Part shown: positions 45,584 to 60,151 of the stretch, in pieces
Position numbering within the stretch: position 1 is the stretch's first letter
Layout: each line of letters starts with the position of its first letter
Assembly: GCA_964016885.1 (NCBI GenBank)
Contig: OZ024748.1
Location: 58,218,001 to 58,282,000, forward strand
Length of the DNA stretch: 64,000 bases
Source of the DNA: Eledone cirrhosa
Lineage: Eukaryota
Direction: 5' to 3'
Program-made: the position numbers and the translations under genes
The notes under the pieces: model-generated
What the model saw: only the letters and a program-made list of their open reading frames with translations
Told to the model about the DNA's origin: nothing
Database searches by the model: none

Positions 45584-46574
45584 ATGTTTCTTTTATTTGC
45601 CACTAGGGCATCAAAAGTGGGACAAGTACAAAGGGGGGAGTTTACACAAAAAGGCGTCCTCAATAAGGAGGAGGCAATAACAAAATATAAAAATAAAATA
45701 AGATATAACAAAAAATAAAATTTTTAACAAAATCCTCAATAGAGAGGAGGCGCCTTGGGGGGTCGCACACACCCCCGAAAAAAGTGTGCAACCTTTCTCC
45801 TCGGGAGCACAGAGAAGGGGTGCTCCCTTGGTCTTTCATCTTCCTCACCTATAGTCTGATGTAGAGTGAAGGCCCATTCACACGGGCCATTCTCGCCACT
45901 TTCACCCATCTTTCATAGAAACGGCTGGGGTGCAGCACCTCTCTCTCCATCCTGATCCTTCTTCCGAAATGATATCGGAAGAAACGGACCAGTTGTTGGC
46001 CAGAGAGAAAGGTGCCTGACCTCAGTCCTTTCAGACGCGTCCACCATACAACCTCTTTCGCCATGGCTATTACGCACAGAAACACCGCCTCTGCTTCATC
46101 TTTGAAGGGGGGAGGCGGCTTGATCATTACAATAGACTCGGTGGTCAACCGGATCGGTCCCACCCTTGACAGCAGTTGTTCGACATAGCCCCACAGATCT
46201 GCTACGCCCGAGCAGTGTACCAATGCGTGTGCAACGGTTTCCTCGTCGCGCACGCATCTGGGACAGATCTTTTTGGCGGGGTCCCTACCCGGGCGCCCGT
46301 GTCTGTAGAGCCTTTCTCGAACGGGTAAAGCCCCTCGGTAGCACTGCCAGGCGAGGGACTTCTGGAAGTTGTCCATAGGTCCCGGGCTGAATGTCCTACC
46401 GAACAGGCTGGCCAGTTCGTCATCCTCCATGTCTAGGGCTTCTCCGAGGGCGTCGTCGCACCTGCTGCGTACCAGCCCTCTATAGAATGTTGCGCTGGAG
46501 TCTCCACTGATAACCGGATCCGCCTGCCAGAGGGCGGTGAGCGCCTGGGCACACTCAGTGTGCCAGGCGCCCAG
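45584..46574 (-). mobile_element. L1/Tx1-like LINE, 5'-truncated; ORF2 C-terminus with zf-RVT-type zinc finger
   Basis: Open frame 46574-45849: [16 protein letters not shown]...[18 protein letters not shown]...LW; 3'UTR with AATAAA; embedded in (TA)/(GATA)n. Confidence 0.85.
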
Positions 46575-46622
46575 ATAGATATAGATAGATAGATAGATAG
46601 ATATAGATAGATATAGATATAT

Positions 46623-46655
<33 letters not shown>

Positions 46656-46690
46656 TATATATAGATATAGATATAGATATAGATATATAG

Positions 46691-46729
<39 letters not shown>

Positions 46730-46730
46730 T

Positions 46731-46765
<35 letters not shown>

Positions 46766-46903
46766 TAGATATAGATATAGATAGATATAGATATAGATAG
46801 ATAGATATAGATATATATAGATAGATATATATATATATAAATATATAGATATAGATATAGATATAGATATATAGATATAGATATATAGATATAGATATAG
46901 ATA

Positions 46904-46941
<38 letters not shown>

Positions 46942-46986
46942 GATATATATATATAGAGAGATATATATATAGATATATAGATATAG

Positions 46987-47021
<35 letters not shown>

Positions 47022-47464
47022 TAGATATATATATATATATATATATATATAGATATATATATAGATATATATATATATATATATATATAGATATATATAT
47101 AGATATATATATAGATAAATATATATAGATATATATATAGATATATATATATAGATATATATATAGATATATATATATATAGATATATATATAGATATAT
47201 ATATATATATAGATATATAGATATATATATATAGATATATAGATATATATATATATATATATAGATATATATATATAGATATATATATATATAGATATAT
47301 ATATAGATATATATATATAGATATATAGATATATATATATATATAGATATATATAGATATAGATATATATAGATATATATATATATATAGATATATATAT
47401 ATATAGATATATATAGATATATATATAGATATAGATATATAGATATATATATAGATATATATAT

Positions 47465-47947
47465 AAAGAATTAAGAATTAAAAAGAACAGAAAAATGCAG
47501 TAAAAGAGATTTATTCGGTTCTTACGTACGTTTCAATAGACATCAATTTGCCTAGATCTCGCTACATCTATAATATTATATATTTAGTAGAGCATTCGAT
47601 ATCCAATGCACAATCGATCCCATATCATCAGAGATAATCTCTGATGATATGGGATCGATTGTGCATTGGATATCGAATGCTCTACTAAATATTATAGATG
47701 TAGCGAGATCTAGGCAAATTGATGTCTATTGAAACGTACGTAAGAACCGAATAAATCTCTTTTACTGCATCTTTCTGTTCTTTTTAATTCTTAATTCTTT
47801 ATACACGCCCCGGAATATAGCTAAACTGGAATATACAACTTTTTTCGGCATTTCGTTGAGCACCACTCTGTTGTAAGCTGACATTCCACTACACGGTACA
47901 TAACACTGTGTCCTGGAAAACATTAATGCACTCGTGCATAACCAATT
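47465..47947 (+). mobile_element. Fold-back PLE-type insert: ~170-bp arms, 1-nt apex at 47636
   Basis: 47465-47635 is the inverted copy of 47637-47800; tail runs to 47947; TA-type microsatellite on both sides. Confidence 0.9.
47638..47745 (+). ncRNA. Type-I hammerhead, canonical core, 83-nt stem II (mirror copy on minus strand at 47520-47634)
   Basis: tct-CTGATGA-[83 nt; atcgatt/aattgat pairing]-GAAAC-GTAC-GTA|aga; AATAAA at 47750. Confidence 0.78.
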
Positions 47948-47971
47948 ATATATATATATAGAGATATAGAG

Positions 47972-48036
<65 letters not shown>

Positions 48037-48273
48037 TATATATATATATAGATATATATATAGATATATAGATATATATATATATAGATATATATAGATA
48101 TATATATATAGATATATATATGTATATATATAGATATAGATATATATATATAGATATAGATATATATATAGATATAGATATAGTTATAGATATATATATA
48201 TAGATAGATATATACATAGATATATATATATAGATATATATAGATATAGATATATATATAGTTATATATATAG

Positions 48274-48312
<39 letters not shown>

Positions 48313-48730
48313 TATATATATAGATATATATATAGAGATATATATAGATATATATAGATATAGATATATATATAGATATATATATAGATATATATATAGA
48401 TATATATATAGATATATATATAGATATATATATATATATATATAGATATATATAGATATATATATATAGATATATATATATATATAGATATATATATATA
48501 TATAGATATATATATATATATAGATATATATATAGATATATATATAGATATATATATAGATATATATATATATATAGATATATATATATATAGATATATA
48601 GATATATAGATATATAGATATATAGATATAGATATATATATAGATATATATATAGATATAGATATATAGATATATATATAGATATATATATAGATATATA
48701 TATAGATATATATATAGATATATATATATA

Positions 48731-49078
48731 TTAGAAAGTGAGGTTTTTTTTACAAAATGAAAAATAACCGAGGTGTCCTACACGTGTGAAATTATAAAGA
48801 AAAAGAGATGAAATTGAAAATGCAACTGGAGTCTTATTTCTTTTAAAAATATATATATTTATTTGGTTCCTTTACCGGTTTCGCAGTTCTTCTGCTTTTC
48901 AAAAGGTGAGTTGAGATGGAGGGTCTGCGGTTTTTCTCGAAAATCCACAGACCCTCCATCTCAACTCACCTTTTGAAAAGCAGAAGAACTGCGAAACCGG
49001 TAAAGGAACCAAATAAATATATATATTTTTAAAAGAAATAAGACTCCAGTTGCATTTTCGATTTCATCTCTTTTTCTA
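48731..49078 (-). mobile_element. Fold-back PLE-type insert: ~140-bp arms, apex 48937-48938
   Basis: 48798-48936 is the inverted copy of 48939-49077; the left arm has an extra tail to 48731. Confidence 0.9.
48969..49006 (+). ncRNA. Minimal hammerhead, U3-A8 variant (identical mirror copy on minus strand at 48869-48906)
   Basis: cctt-TTGAAAA-gcag-aagaa-ctgc-GAAA-CCGG-TA|aagg; AATAAA at 49012. Confidence 0.82.
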
Positions 49079-49100
49079 GATATATATATAGATATATATA

Positions 49101-49131
<31 letters not shown>

Positions 49132-49141
49132 AGATATATAT

Positions 49142-49176
<35 letters not shown>

Positions 49177-49219
49177 TATATAGATATATATAGATATAGA
49201 TATAGATATAGATATATAT

Positions 49220-49256
<37 letters not shown>

Positions 49257-49311
49257 TATATAGATATATATAGATATAGATATATATAGATATATATAGA
49301 TATATATATAG

Positions 49312-50000
<689 letters not shown>

Positions 50001-50376
50001 ATATATATATATATAGATATAGATATATATAGATATATATAGATATAGATAGATATAGATATATATAGATATATATAGATATATATATATAGATAGATAG
50101 ATAGATATAGATATATATATAGATAGATATAGATATATATATAGATAGATATAGATATATATATAGATAGATATAGATATATATATAGATAGATATAGAT
50201 ATATATAGATAGATATAGATAATATATAGATAGATATAGATCATATATAGATATATATAGATATAGATATAGATATATATATATATATATATATATAGAT
50301 ATATATATATAGATAGATATAGATATATATATATAGATATAAATATATATATAGATATATAGATATAGATATATAT

Positions 50377-50425
<49 letters not shown>

Positions 50426-50607
50426 TATCTATATATATATATCTATATATATTTATATATAGATATATATATAGATATATATATATAGATATCGATATAT
50501 AGATATATATATATATATATATATATAGATATATATATATATATATAGATATATATATATAGATATATATATATAGATATATATATATAGATATATATAT
50601 ATAAATG

Positions 50608-50638
<31 letters not shown>

Positions 50639-51040
50639 ATATAGATATAGATATAGATATATATAGATATATATAGATATAGATAGATATAGATATATAT
50701 AGATATAGATAGATATAGATAGATATATATAGATATATATATATAGATATAGATAGATATAGATATATATAGATATAGATAGATATAGATAGATATATAT
50801 ATAGATATATATATAGATATATATAGATATAGATAGATATATATAGATATATATAGATAGATATATATATATATATATAGGTATATATAGATAGATATAG
50901 ATATAGATATATATAGATATAGATATATATAGATATAGATATAGATATAGATAGATATAGATATAGATATAGATATATATATAGATATAGATATATATAT
51001 AGATATATATATATATAGATATAGATATATATATAGATAT

Positions 51041-51079
<39 letters not shown>

Positions 51080-51548
51080 TATAGATATATATACATATAT
51101 ATATAGATATATATATAGATATATATATATATATAGAGAGAGAGAGATGGAGATAGAGATAGAGTGAGAGAGAGAGATAGAGATAGAGATAGAGTGAGAG
51201 AGAGAGTGAGAGAGAGAGAGAGAGAGATATAGAGAGAGGGATATATATATATATAGAGAGATATATAGAGAGAGAGGGATATATATATAGATATATATAT
51301 AGAGAGAGAGAGATATATATATAGATATATATATATATATAGAGAGATATATATATAGAGATATATATATAGAGAGAGAGATGTATATAGAGAGAGAGAT
51401 ATATATATATATAGAGATATATATATAGAGATATATAGAGAGATATAGAGAGATATATATATAGAGAGATATAGAGAGAGATATATAGAGAGATATAAAT
51501 AGAGAGATATATAGAGATATATACAGATATATATATATAGAAAGAGAA

Positions 51549-52187
51549 TTTCTGGTCAGTGTCCAAGTCTCAGACCCGTACAGCAGCAAAGACTCCACTA
51601 CAGCAATGAAGAGGCGGATTTTTAGGTATTTACGAGGTCCGACTTCCACAGCCATCTCAAGCTGTGGCACGCCGCCCAGGCTTTGCTCTTCCTCTCAACC
51701 ACATTATCTTCCGTATTCACAATCTTTGCTCCCAAATACAGGAAGTCCTCAACCAATTCTAGCGGCTTCCCGCTTACATTAGTGATCCCTTCTGGCTTCT
51801 AAACATTCTCTACCAGAAACTTACTCAGTGGTGGATGGGTGCTACACGAGAATGCTGAGGATGGCTCTGAAAATTAATCAGTATACACTGAGGATGAAAA
51901 ACTCAGAGCTGTATGGGAGCCTCCTAAAAGTCAGCTCAAAAGTGACACAGAGGAGACTGAGATTAGCTGGACATGCTCACCGACATCCAGATTTGACATT
52001 GTACTCAGTGCTCCTGTGGGATCCCGTATATGGACACGCTGGAAGAGGAAGACCAAGGTTAACGTATGTTGATGCCCTCAGAACAGACACTGGTCTGTTG
52101 GAGACGCAGGACATTGCATCGATAATGTGGGACAGAGACCGCTGGAGAGAACTCGTCCATGGATCTCGGGAATTTTACCCGCCCTAG
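51549..52187 (+). mobile_element. RTE LINE copy with 5' inversion
   Basis: 51549-51816 is minus-oriented upstream sequence and 51812-52187 is the plus-oriented C-terminus (DGCYTRMLRMAL..RRLRLAGH..GRGRPRLTY..DRDRWR); same family as 42622-43237. Confidence 0.9.
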
Positions 52188-52289
52188 AAAAATAGAGAGA
52201 GAGAGAGACACACACATACACACATTAAGTATAAATCGAAGTTGTAGCAGCAGTATAGTACATACCAATTGTTTGAGGCAGTCACAAAC

Positions 52290-53460
52290 CACTCGTTGGT
52301 GTGAAAAATTAATATAATATCTTCCAGAGCAAACACAATATATATATATATGAGATTTGAATATCGAACAATACAACACCAGAGGAATTCTCATCAGCCA
52401 TGCCCTCCTTAATATAATGCATAACATACTACGAAACATGTCTCCCATAAAATAGCTATTTTCTGTAATAGCCTTATATGCATGTATTTCATGCAAGCAT
52501 CCTTCTTCATTTCATCATGGCCTGCACCACTAATACTGTGGCCAACAGTGTTGCGGCGGGTAATGCTTTCTCTTTATAATATTTTGTAAAACACCTATAT
52601 ACGTATATTAAAAAAAAAAAACGAAAATGGCTGATCTTCTTGCCGCTAATTTTTTGGTATGTGATATCTGTGATGTCTTTGTTTATAGAAAGCAATGCGA
52701 AATATTTCCTAGAAAAAAGAAATATATATCAGTTCACAATACTAAAACTAATAAAATAAAAACATAACATACGCGTTAAACTATTTTACCTCCATTGGGA
52801 AATATTAGTGTAGAAATTAAGTTTATCTGAAACTATGTTGCAGCCGATACTATGGATTGCTAATAACGCAATATATGATGGTGGGAATGTTGTTTTTCCA
52901 ATGGATACAACGTTTGATCTGTAAATTCTCTTTTCTGTGTTCATATAGATTTCAAATGAAACGCTTGTTTTATAACGTTATTTGAATTATAAGCCCTCAT
53001 AATTGTATATCGTTACACACATATAAGACGCCACTTTTGGAAACTACATGATATTATTCCCAATAAATAAATAACATGGATATAATCTATTCTACAGTCA
53101 GTATCGAAAGGAACTAGTTTTTATATGTTCGTTTAGTTGGAAAGTGTCAAAATACTCATTACAAAGAATAACAAACATACATTACTACCAGAGATTTGTT
53201 ACGCATCGAAATTTCCTGCCTGCCAGAAGGGCTGTGATAGGTGATTATATCACTAATGTATAAATATTTCGCGAATTATAAAGTACACATATTCTATGAT
53301 AAATCATTTCATTCTATTTGATTCCATCTGCCAAGATATGGTGAAACATTCTAATGTAATCCATACATGCTTCCAAACTCCGATGTTCCAAACTGTTTAA
53401 TCGCTCTAAGAAATGTCCATTTCCTGCAGAAGGCCCCATGTCCAAAACGTCACGTTCATC
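52290..53460 (-). pseudogene. Decayed class-A GPCR pseudogene 4
   Basis: FRCVTNLW; FLSILTVE*IISML (ERx-like, ~53075-53110); YVMFYFISFSIL/EIFRIA (TM5); LQKIAILWETCFVVCYALY (TM6); LYCSIF/SNLI/IYCVCSGRY (TM7). N-terminal boundary uncertain. Confidence 0.5.
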
Positions 53461-53568
53461 TTCTACTTTCTCATTAACCTAATTCAAATATGATTTTTGC
53501 ATTGCTGTGTTTATCTTGTTTTCGTTATTAAATTCACACACATACATACACGCATACATACATACATA

Positions 53569-54543
53569 CCCAGGGAAGTTGCTCAGCAGTATCGCAGTGA
53601 ATCCATGGATGAAAAACTGCATGCTTATCAGCAAAATATCATGCATGGATATGTTGCCAGGAAGCCCCAGAGTGAGAGTAATATAGTTAACGACCAACAA
53701 CCGCTATATTGGCTTCCACTTTGAAGGATATGCAATCCAAGAACAAGAAATTCGCACGAAATACCTGATTCACAAAAGAGATAGGGATGCAGGCAAAACA
53801 TCAGCAGTAGCCCAACGATGTCATCGCGGTACTATCTACCTATGAGGCATGATGTAGTGACCTAAACACTGTACAATGCAATCCGTAGAAAGGATGGCGC
53901 TGATAAACACATTAAAAGCTACAGCAATGTGGAAGACATCCATATACAGAATATGAAAGAGTAGTGACGGAATGTTCCAGTAAAAAATCCAATAAAATAC
54001 AGGCATAACAGACCAGATATTATGATATGAAACAGGGAGAAGAAAGCATGCACAGTAGTGGAAATTAGCTGCCCAGCAGATGCCAATACAATATCAAAGA
54101 TTAGCGAAAATTAGAATATTTATGATTAGAATATGTATGCAGAATTGATGAGAAATCTGCAGATCTCCACCCTGATTACACCTTCAGATTTATGCCTGTG
54201 ATCATTGGGGCACTGGGGTATGTTAGCAACTGCCTCAATACAAATCTTGAGAAGCTAGGCTTCACAGGAACAGAAAGAACACAACTAGTTAGGAAACTAC
54301 AAGTACAATCCATTAATGGAACAGTAAAAATATGTAAAATATTCCAAAAGCTTTGCATCTAATAATTGCATATACACATGTACAAAGCATGTGCACATAC
54401 AACTCAAAACATCCACACATACAATAACATCCATATTTACACATGCATGCAATAAGGCATGCATACATAATCTACCTAGTTGATGTTGTGTAAATTCCAA
54501 TGAGACTCTTTTCTATATTAGAAACCGATTCTCTCTGTATTGG
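53569..54543 (+). mobile_element. Non-LTR retrotransposon 3' fragment with restriction-like endonuclease (R4/Dong-like)
   Basis: AIQEQEIRTKY; MRHDVV; HNRPDIMI*NREKKACTVVEISCPAD; MPVIIGALG; several stops; the CCHC knuckle appears deleted. Confidence 0.8.
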
Positions 54544-54584
54544 TACACACACGCACGCGAGCGCACGCACGCACGCACGCACAG

Positions 54585-54668
54585 TAATAATAATACATTT
54601 GGAGACTAAAATCCAAAGAGGGCTCGATAAGGATAAATATATATCAAATATATAAGAACCCTAGAGCA

Positions 54669-54675
<7 letters not shown>
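54585..54675. repeat. Short dispersed repeat, copy 2
   Basis: Near-identical to 2528-2620. Confidence 0.85.
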
Positions 54676-54699
<24 letters not shown>

Positions 54700-56066
54700 T
54701 GACGATTGTCAGCTAAACGCATCTACTAGAATATGTTATTGTTCTTCAGTAATCCTAATCTTTTATTTCGGTCTGATAATGTATCCCATATCATTGTCTA
54801 TCTTAACCTTCCGCAGTTTCTAGGGTTCTATAATGGATGTTGATCCTTGGGTTTGGCTGGTTTCTAACAAACACCACTCTCGCGTTCCTGTTTAAATCAT
54901 ATTTCCTACATTTACATTAACTCCATCTGTTTATAGTTTATAGCCAATTGGAGTATGTGTGTGTGTGTACGTGCATGTTTGTTCTGTTCCTATTGTTTAC
55001 GTCTGTGTAATGTTAATTTTAATCCATGTAATCCTTGTAGCGTTTGTGAGTACGTATGTATTCCATATCTATTAAGTAATTATGAGTGAATGTGTATATG
55101 GATATATATATTTATAGGAGTTATTCTCATGTATATAATCTCAGTGGCAAGTTGCAATCCCAAGTACCTTACTTCCTATTTTATTACATATATAGGATGG
55201 ATGTTCCTGTATGAATTTCAGGAGGATATCACAATTAAGAATCAAATACGTACTTTGATTCAATTGACTTTATCTGCTAAGCAAAGTGTGGATTTGTTAA
55301 TATTCAGAAGGAAGCATTATATTCAGCGTTAATATATGAGGGGACTTTTGCAATATTGATATATATTACAAGTGTGCTTCGAATCCTTAATATGACAGTC
55401 ATTTCATAAATCGAATTTGTGAAAGATATAAGAAAAAAGGTTGAACATTAACCCTTATAAATAGGGACAAATCTATCATATCTTAATTTAATAGAAATAT
55501 ATCGTGAATATAATGATTAATAGAGAACTTCATATGGATGTATCATGTTAATAACAAATCTTCTATTAATAATATATATATATATGTTGAAATTTAGTTA
55601 CATTTGACAAAAAAAGCAGATGTTTCAATTGGCGAATAATTTGACTTGTTAAAATTATCTAAAATATTTTTGTTTCTTTGTATTTAAATCAATATCTTCA
55701 TTTAGAGGTGTTAGATGGATGACACTAATATATTTCTAGTAGATATTTTCAATAAGATCGGTTTCGTTTTGGGATAATGTAGGTGGAGAAAAATTTCCGC
55801 TATAGATATTCTGAGATGTTTTATTTCCCATTTTAATATATACGGTGAGAATTTAATCTAGAATTATAACATTTTAGATTATAACTGATAAAAAGAAAAC
55901 CACGCATAAACTGACGTATATAACTTAATATTCAATTAATGTCTAACGTATGTTGCTTTCATGCTTAGACTCAAGATTATGAAAATTTAATATTGTTTTC
56001 GTAAGTTATAGGTATTCGATCATTCCATTGTTATGTGTATGTGTGTATACACACACACACATATAC

Positions 56067-56145
<79 letters not shown>

Positions 56146-56774
56146 CAACGTACTGACAGGGGGAGTGGTAGAGTTAGTGAGATATATGTTCATGAATATT
56201 TATATGTGTATATTAATATATTCTTGTAAAGGTTTTTGCACCAATCAAAATAAATATTAAAGACTATTTAACACATTACATAAATGTATTCCTCACGTAA
56301 TGTGTGTTTTGATATCTATTAAGTTGTTTACGCGTCAGACATATACCAGTTTGGTAAACAAGTCTTAACCCATTACAAATGTCTTTGATATGAACATACA
56401 TACAGTTAATTAATGTTATGAAATAGAGGATTATTTTTAATCAATATTATATAACACAACTATCTGGCGGATGGATTTGTGAATACACAAGTAAAAATCC
56501 TCTAAAATAAGACTGATAAATAAGCCATAATAATGAAACATATGTATATATATATATTTTTTTTTTCGCTCTACATGACCGAATGAAAAACATATAATCG
56601 GAGTTTTTCGACTATTAATAATAATATTGGATTCATTTGTAATTATGCAAACAAGCCTGATCTTTAAAGCCATTTTAGTAGAATGAGCACCGAGTACTAT
56701 GGTGAATAATTGTCTAATTGCTTTTTACCACCTCCAATCTGATATATATATATATATTTATATATATATATGTA

Positions 56775-56985
56775 TATTATTAAGGCTGAATATTGAGTCT
56801 TTTACTCTGAAGTTTCGCCTGTTTATCACAGGAACATCAGACAAGAACTGTTCTTGTCTGATGACCCTGTGATCAGCAAGGGAAACTCCCAAGTAATAAG
56901 ATTCACTGCTTAGTCTTAATAAAATTAACTTCAAAAATCTACTATTGAATATACTTTCCTCTCGACCGCCAACTTTCAACGGATA
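56775..56985 (+). mobile_element. Older fold-back PLE-type insert (apex 56849)
   Basis: catcagacaagaac-t-gttcttgtctgatg centre; imperfect ~73-bp arms; TA tracts on the flanks. Confidence 0.75.
56853..56900 (+). ncRNA. Type-I hammerhead, canonical core
   Basis: cttgt-CTGATGA-ccctg..aagg-GAAACT-ccca-AGTA|ataag; AATAAA at 56918. Confidence 0.7.
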
Positions 56986-57377
56986 TATATATCATGTTAA
57001 AATACCCCCCCCCCCACACACACACACTTGTCTTAATAGGCACCTGAACTGTTGACCTTTCAACATGACTGCAATTCACACACACATCCCTACTGACCAT
57101 TATCACAATGAACCCCTTTACTACACACACATATTTGTCTTAAAAGACTTATTTTTCATTGACTTCTCAATCAGGCGAAAAGCGAAAACCAACCAAACAG
57201 TGAATGTATTCTGTTATTAATTCTGGCAATATTACACAAATATGACCCTCCCCAAGTATAACAATATTTGTTTCGACACACGATATCATATCAAAAACCT
57301 CGCAAAAGTATATATATATATAATGTGTGTGTGCTTGCTTCCTTTATTTGCAAGGAAACTCATGTAATTATCCTGTC

Positions 57378-57572
57378 TTGGCAGTATCGCGAAAACATTC
57401 TTTGCGGCATATAGTTATGGTTCTTTACTTTCTGCATTCAAATCCTGCCTAGGTTAGCTTTACATTGCATCCCTATGGGGTCGGTAAAATGAAATACCAG
57501 CAACGCTCTGGGGTTGATTTTCGACATACGCCTCCCAGAAAATTGACGGCCTGGTGCCTAAATCAGAAACCA
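57378..57572 (+). mobile_element. Older diverged SINE
   Basis: tggcagtatcg..cattcaaatcctgcc..catccctatggggtcggtaaaatgaaataccag..ggcctggtgcctaaatcagaaacc. Confidence 0.75.
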
Positions 57573-58294
57573 TGAAGAGAGTAGGGCACTTGATTTTTTT
57601 GTAGAGTTTCGGGACTAAATCATTCCGCTTTCTTGTTTTATTCCATGTAGAATATTTACATTCGACCAAATGGTAAAATTATTCAAAGATTAAGATGAAA
57701 TGAAATAAATAATCAAATGAAAAGGAGAGCAATAATCTAAGGGTTTCTATATTTTCATATGAGTATAATAGTTGAAAACAATTGTCGTTGGCTTTTAATT
57801 TGATTTATGATATTCAATAATATCTTATTGAATGTAACATATTCATTTCAATGTTAAAGTAAATATTTCAGGTTCTTGTTCAGGTACTGTTTCAGTTTTT
57901 GTTTCCTTTGAAATAACCTTGTTTTGTTTTCCTATTTCTCAAATTGTGAGCCAATCCTGTTTCATATCTATCATCCTGAGATGAATGGATGTCTTTAATG
58001 TGTTATGTTTAGGAAAAGCTTTATGAAATTGATCTATAAAACCAATAAACATAACGCAATATATATAAAATGCTCAACCTCAACAAAACGAGGAAAACAA
58101 AAGCTTGCTTTGATGCCATGGGAATGTTTTCAGGTGAGGCTGGATTAAACAAGAATTACAATAGATTTATCTAAGGAGTATTGAATCTTCTAATATTGTA
58201 GTATTAGAGATTGGAAAATCGAATTATGTTACATAAAATTGTGTAAAGTTTCATTAAATCTTTTGCACTCAGAACGATGAAATATTGCCGGTGA

Positions 58295-58665
58295 TATAAA
58301 CATGCAGTTAATTCACTCTCGAGCATTTCCGTTGCATAAAATATGTAGCACTTTCACTCTCAAATATTTCTCTTTACAAAAACATGTAGCAATTCCACTC
58401 TCAAATATTTCTCTTGACAAAACCTATGTAGCTCTTATACTCTCAAATAATACTTTTTACAAAAACATGTAGCTCTTACACTCTCAAATAATACTTTTAC
58501 AAAAACATGTAGCAAGTTCACTCTCAAATAATACTTTTACAGCCATGTACCTTTTTCAATCTCAAATATTTCTCACTAACGATGTTGCACCCAGAATGGT
58601 GGAATATTGCTGATGACAAGATTATGTAGCAGGTGCACCAGTTTCATTCTCAAATATTTCTCTTA
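58295..58665 (+). repeat. ~39-40-bp minisatellite, about 6-8 diverged copies
   Basis: Unit aaaacatgtagc.....cactctcaaata.t....tttac. Confidence 0.85.
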
Positions 58666-58899
58666 AACTAAACAGATTAGTGATATTGTTTTAGTAGCAT
58701 TAGTGTTGAAGTTCTATGAGAAGTCATCACTACAGAGATTTATTTATTTTTAATCCATCTTAAGAAATCGCCTGCTGTATTGTCAATCGCTGGACTATGA
58801 ATATATGCTCAACGCAGTTCATTTAAAAAGCTTATTTCATTTTCAACATGAAACAATACCAAGGACACCGATACGCTGGAAACGCTTTAATTTTTCATA

Positions 58900-59460
58900 G
58901 AATAAGAAAATAGTTTACGAGAGAATTCTCTTGGGTGTTGAATGTTTGATAAGAAGCTATGCTGAAAAATAATGGTATTTAATGATTTGGAAACAAACGC
59001 AAGTAGCGAGGAGAACGTTCTAAAAGTAAGAGGTTTCATATTCTGATCAATCAAATCAAAATAATATCAGAAGCATGACCAGAGTCAGTAGGGAATGATT
59101 TAGTTCAAACAATCCCATTGTATATATTTCAAATACGTGGTGTATGTTCATGAATATTCAGACAATTATATATGAGCGTGGATGCAATGTATCCGTTTTA
59201 TCCTATCTACACCTATGTGTAATATCTTAGACAAACAGATATCTGCGTTCAGTGAGTTGGAAGATTTTTCTACACAGAATTATAAGGAATAGAGCCAGCC
59301 TTTTGCCTAGGTTGTTGCAATATTTCAGAATTGTTATTGCTTCCTCCCTCTCACTGGTGATAATTACCAACTGATTCTTAAGTTTCCAAAATTGATAAAT
59401 TGTACAGCATTGTACAGCACCAAGTATTTCTTCAGTCGATAACTGTCCAAATCAGGAGGG
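58900..59460 (-). mobile_element. Possible very old RTE-type RT remnant
   Basis: Scattered GQLSTEEILGAV, ILKYCNN, IASTLIYN, LTFR fragments in RT order; weak. Confidence 0.3.
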
Positions 59461-60151
59461 TTTTTACATAGATCAATTCCTATAGATATTTACGTGTAGA
59501 AACATCATTAATTATATCAATCAAATGCCACGTGAAAGATAACCACGTGAAAGATAACCATTGCTCTGTACATCCTGGTTAAACCGTAGAATGTTGCATC
59601 CATGAACGTCGTAATGTGCAATATTGGCTTTAGGAAATTCAAACCTGTGCTTCGAATTGATCTCACTTAATTTAGCTAACAAACGAGATTCATAACGCAT
59701 GCTTATCGCTGTTACATGTGAATTTTAAAAGGATGGATTGAATGTTTGAATATATATATATATACATTATTCTTTTTTCATTAATTTCCACTTCGCATTA
59801 GGATGGATGAATTATATTTGACTTACGGGGAAAAATAAGATTAATTAATTAAATATTGAGTACATGTGAGTTGTGACAACTAATTAACTCGTAGTTTATA
59901 TGAGCTTTCCATCCACATTTAATTGGATCTCTGGCATCAGGTTGTCATTCATTTCTTGCTTTTGAAAATATATTGGATATTATTAAAATTATTTCTTTGT
60001 TTTCTCTCATTTATAAATGCTGTTGATTGTTGTCAACATCCTCTCATGGGTCAAAATATGTCAGAATTCAATTGTTTGTCGTGCTTCCCACTGACCTGAT
60101 TTCTCTGATTTGATTGCAAATTATTATTCCGCAACCGATGACAGATAAAGT

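Noticed and set aside
58295-58665. CRISPR-like array
   Set aside because: Contiguous degenerate tandem units without unique spacers; no cas genes; eukaryotic context.
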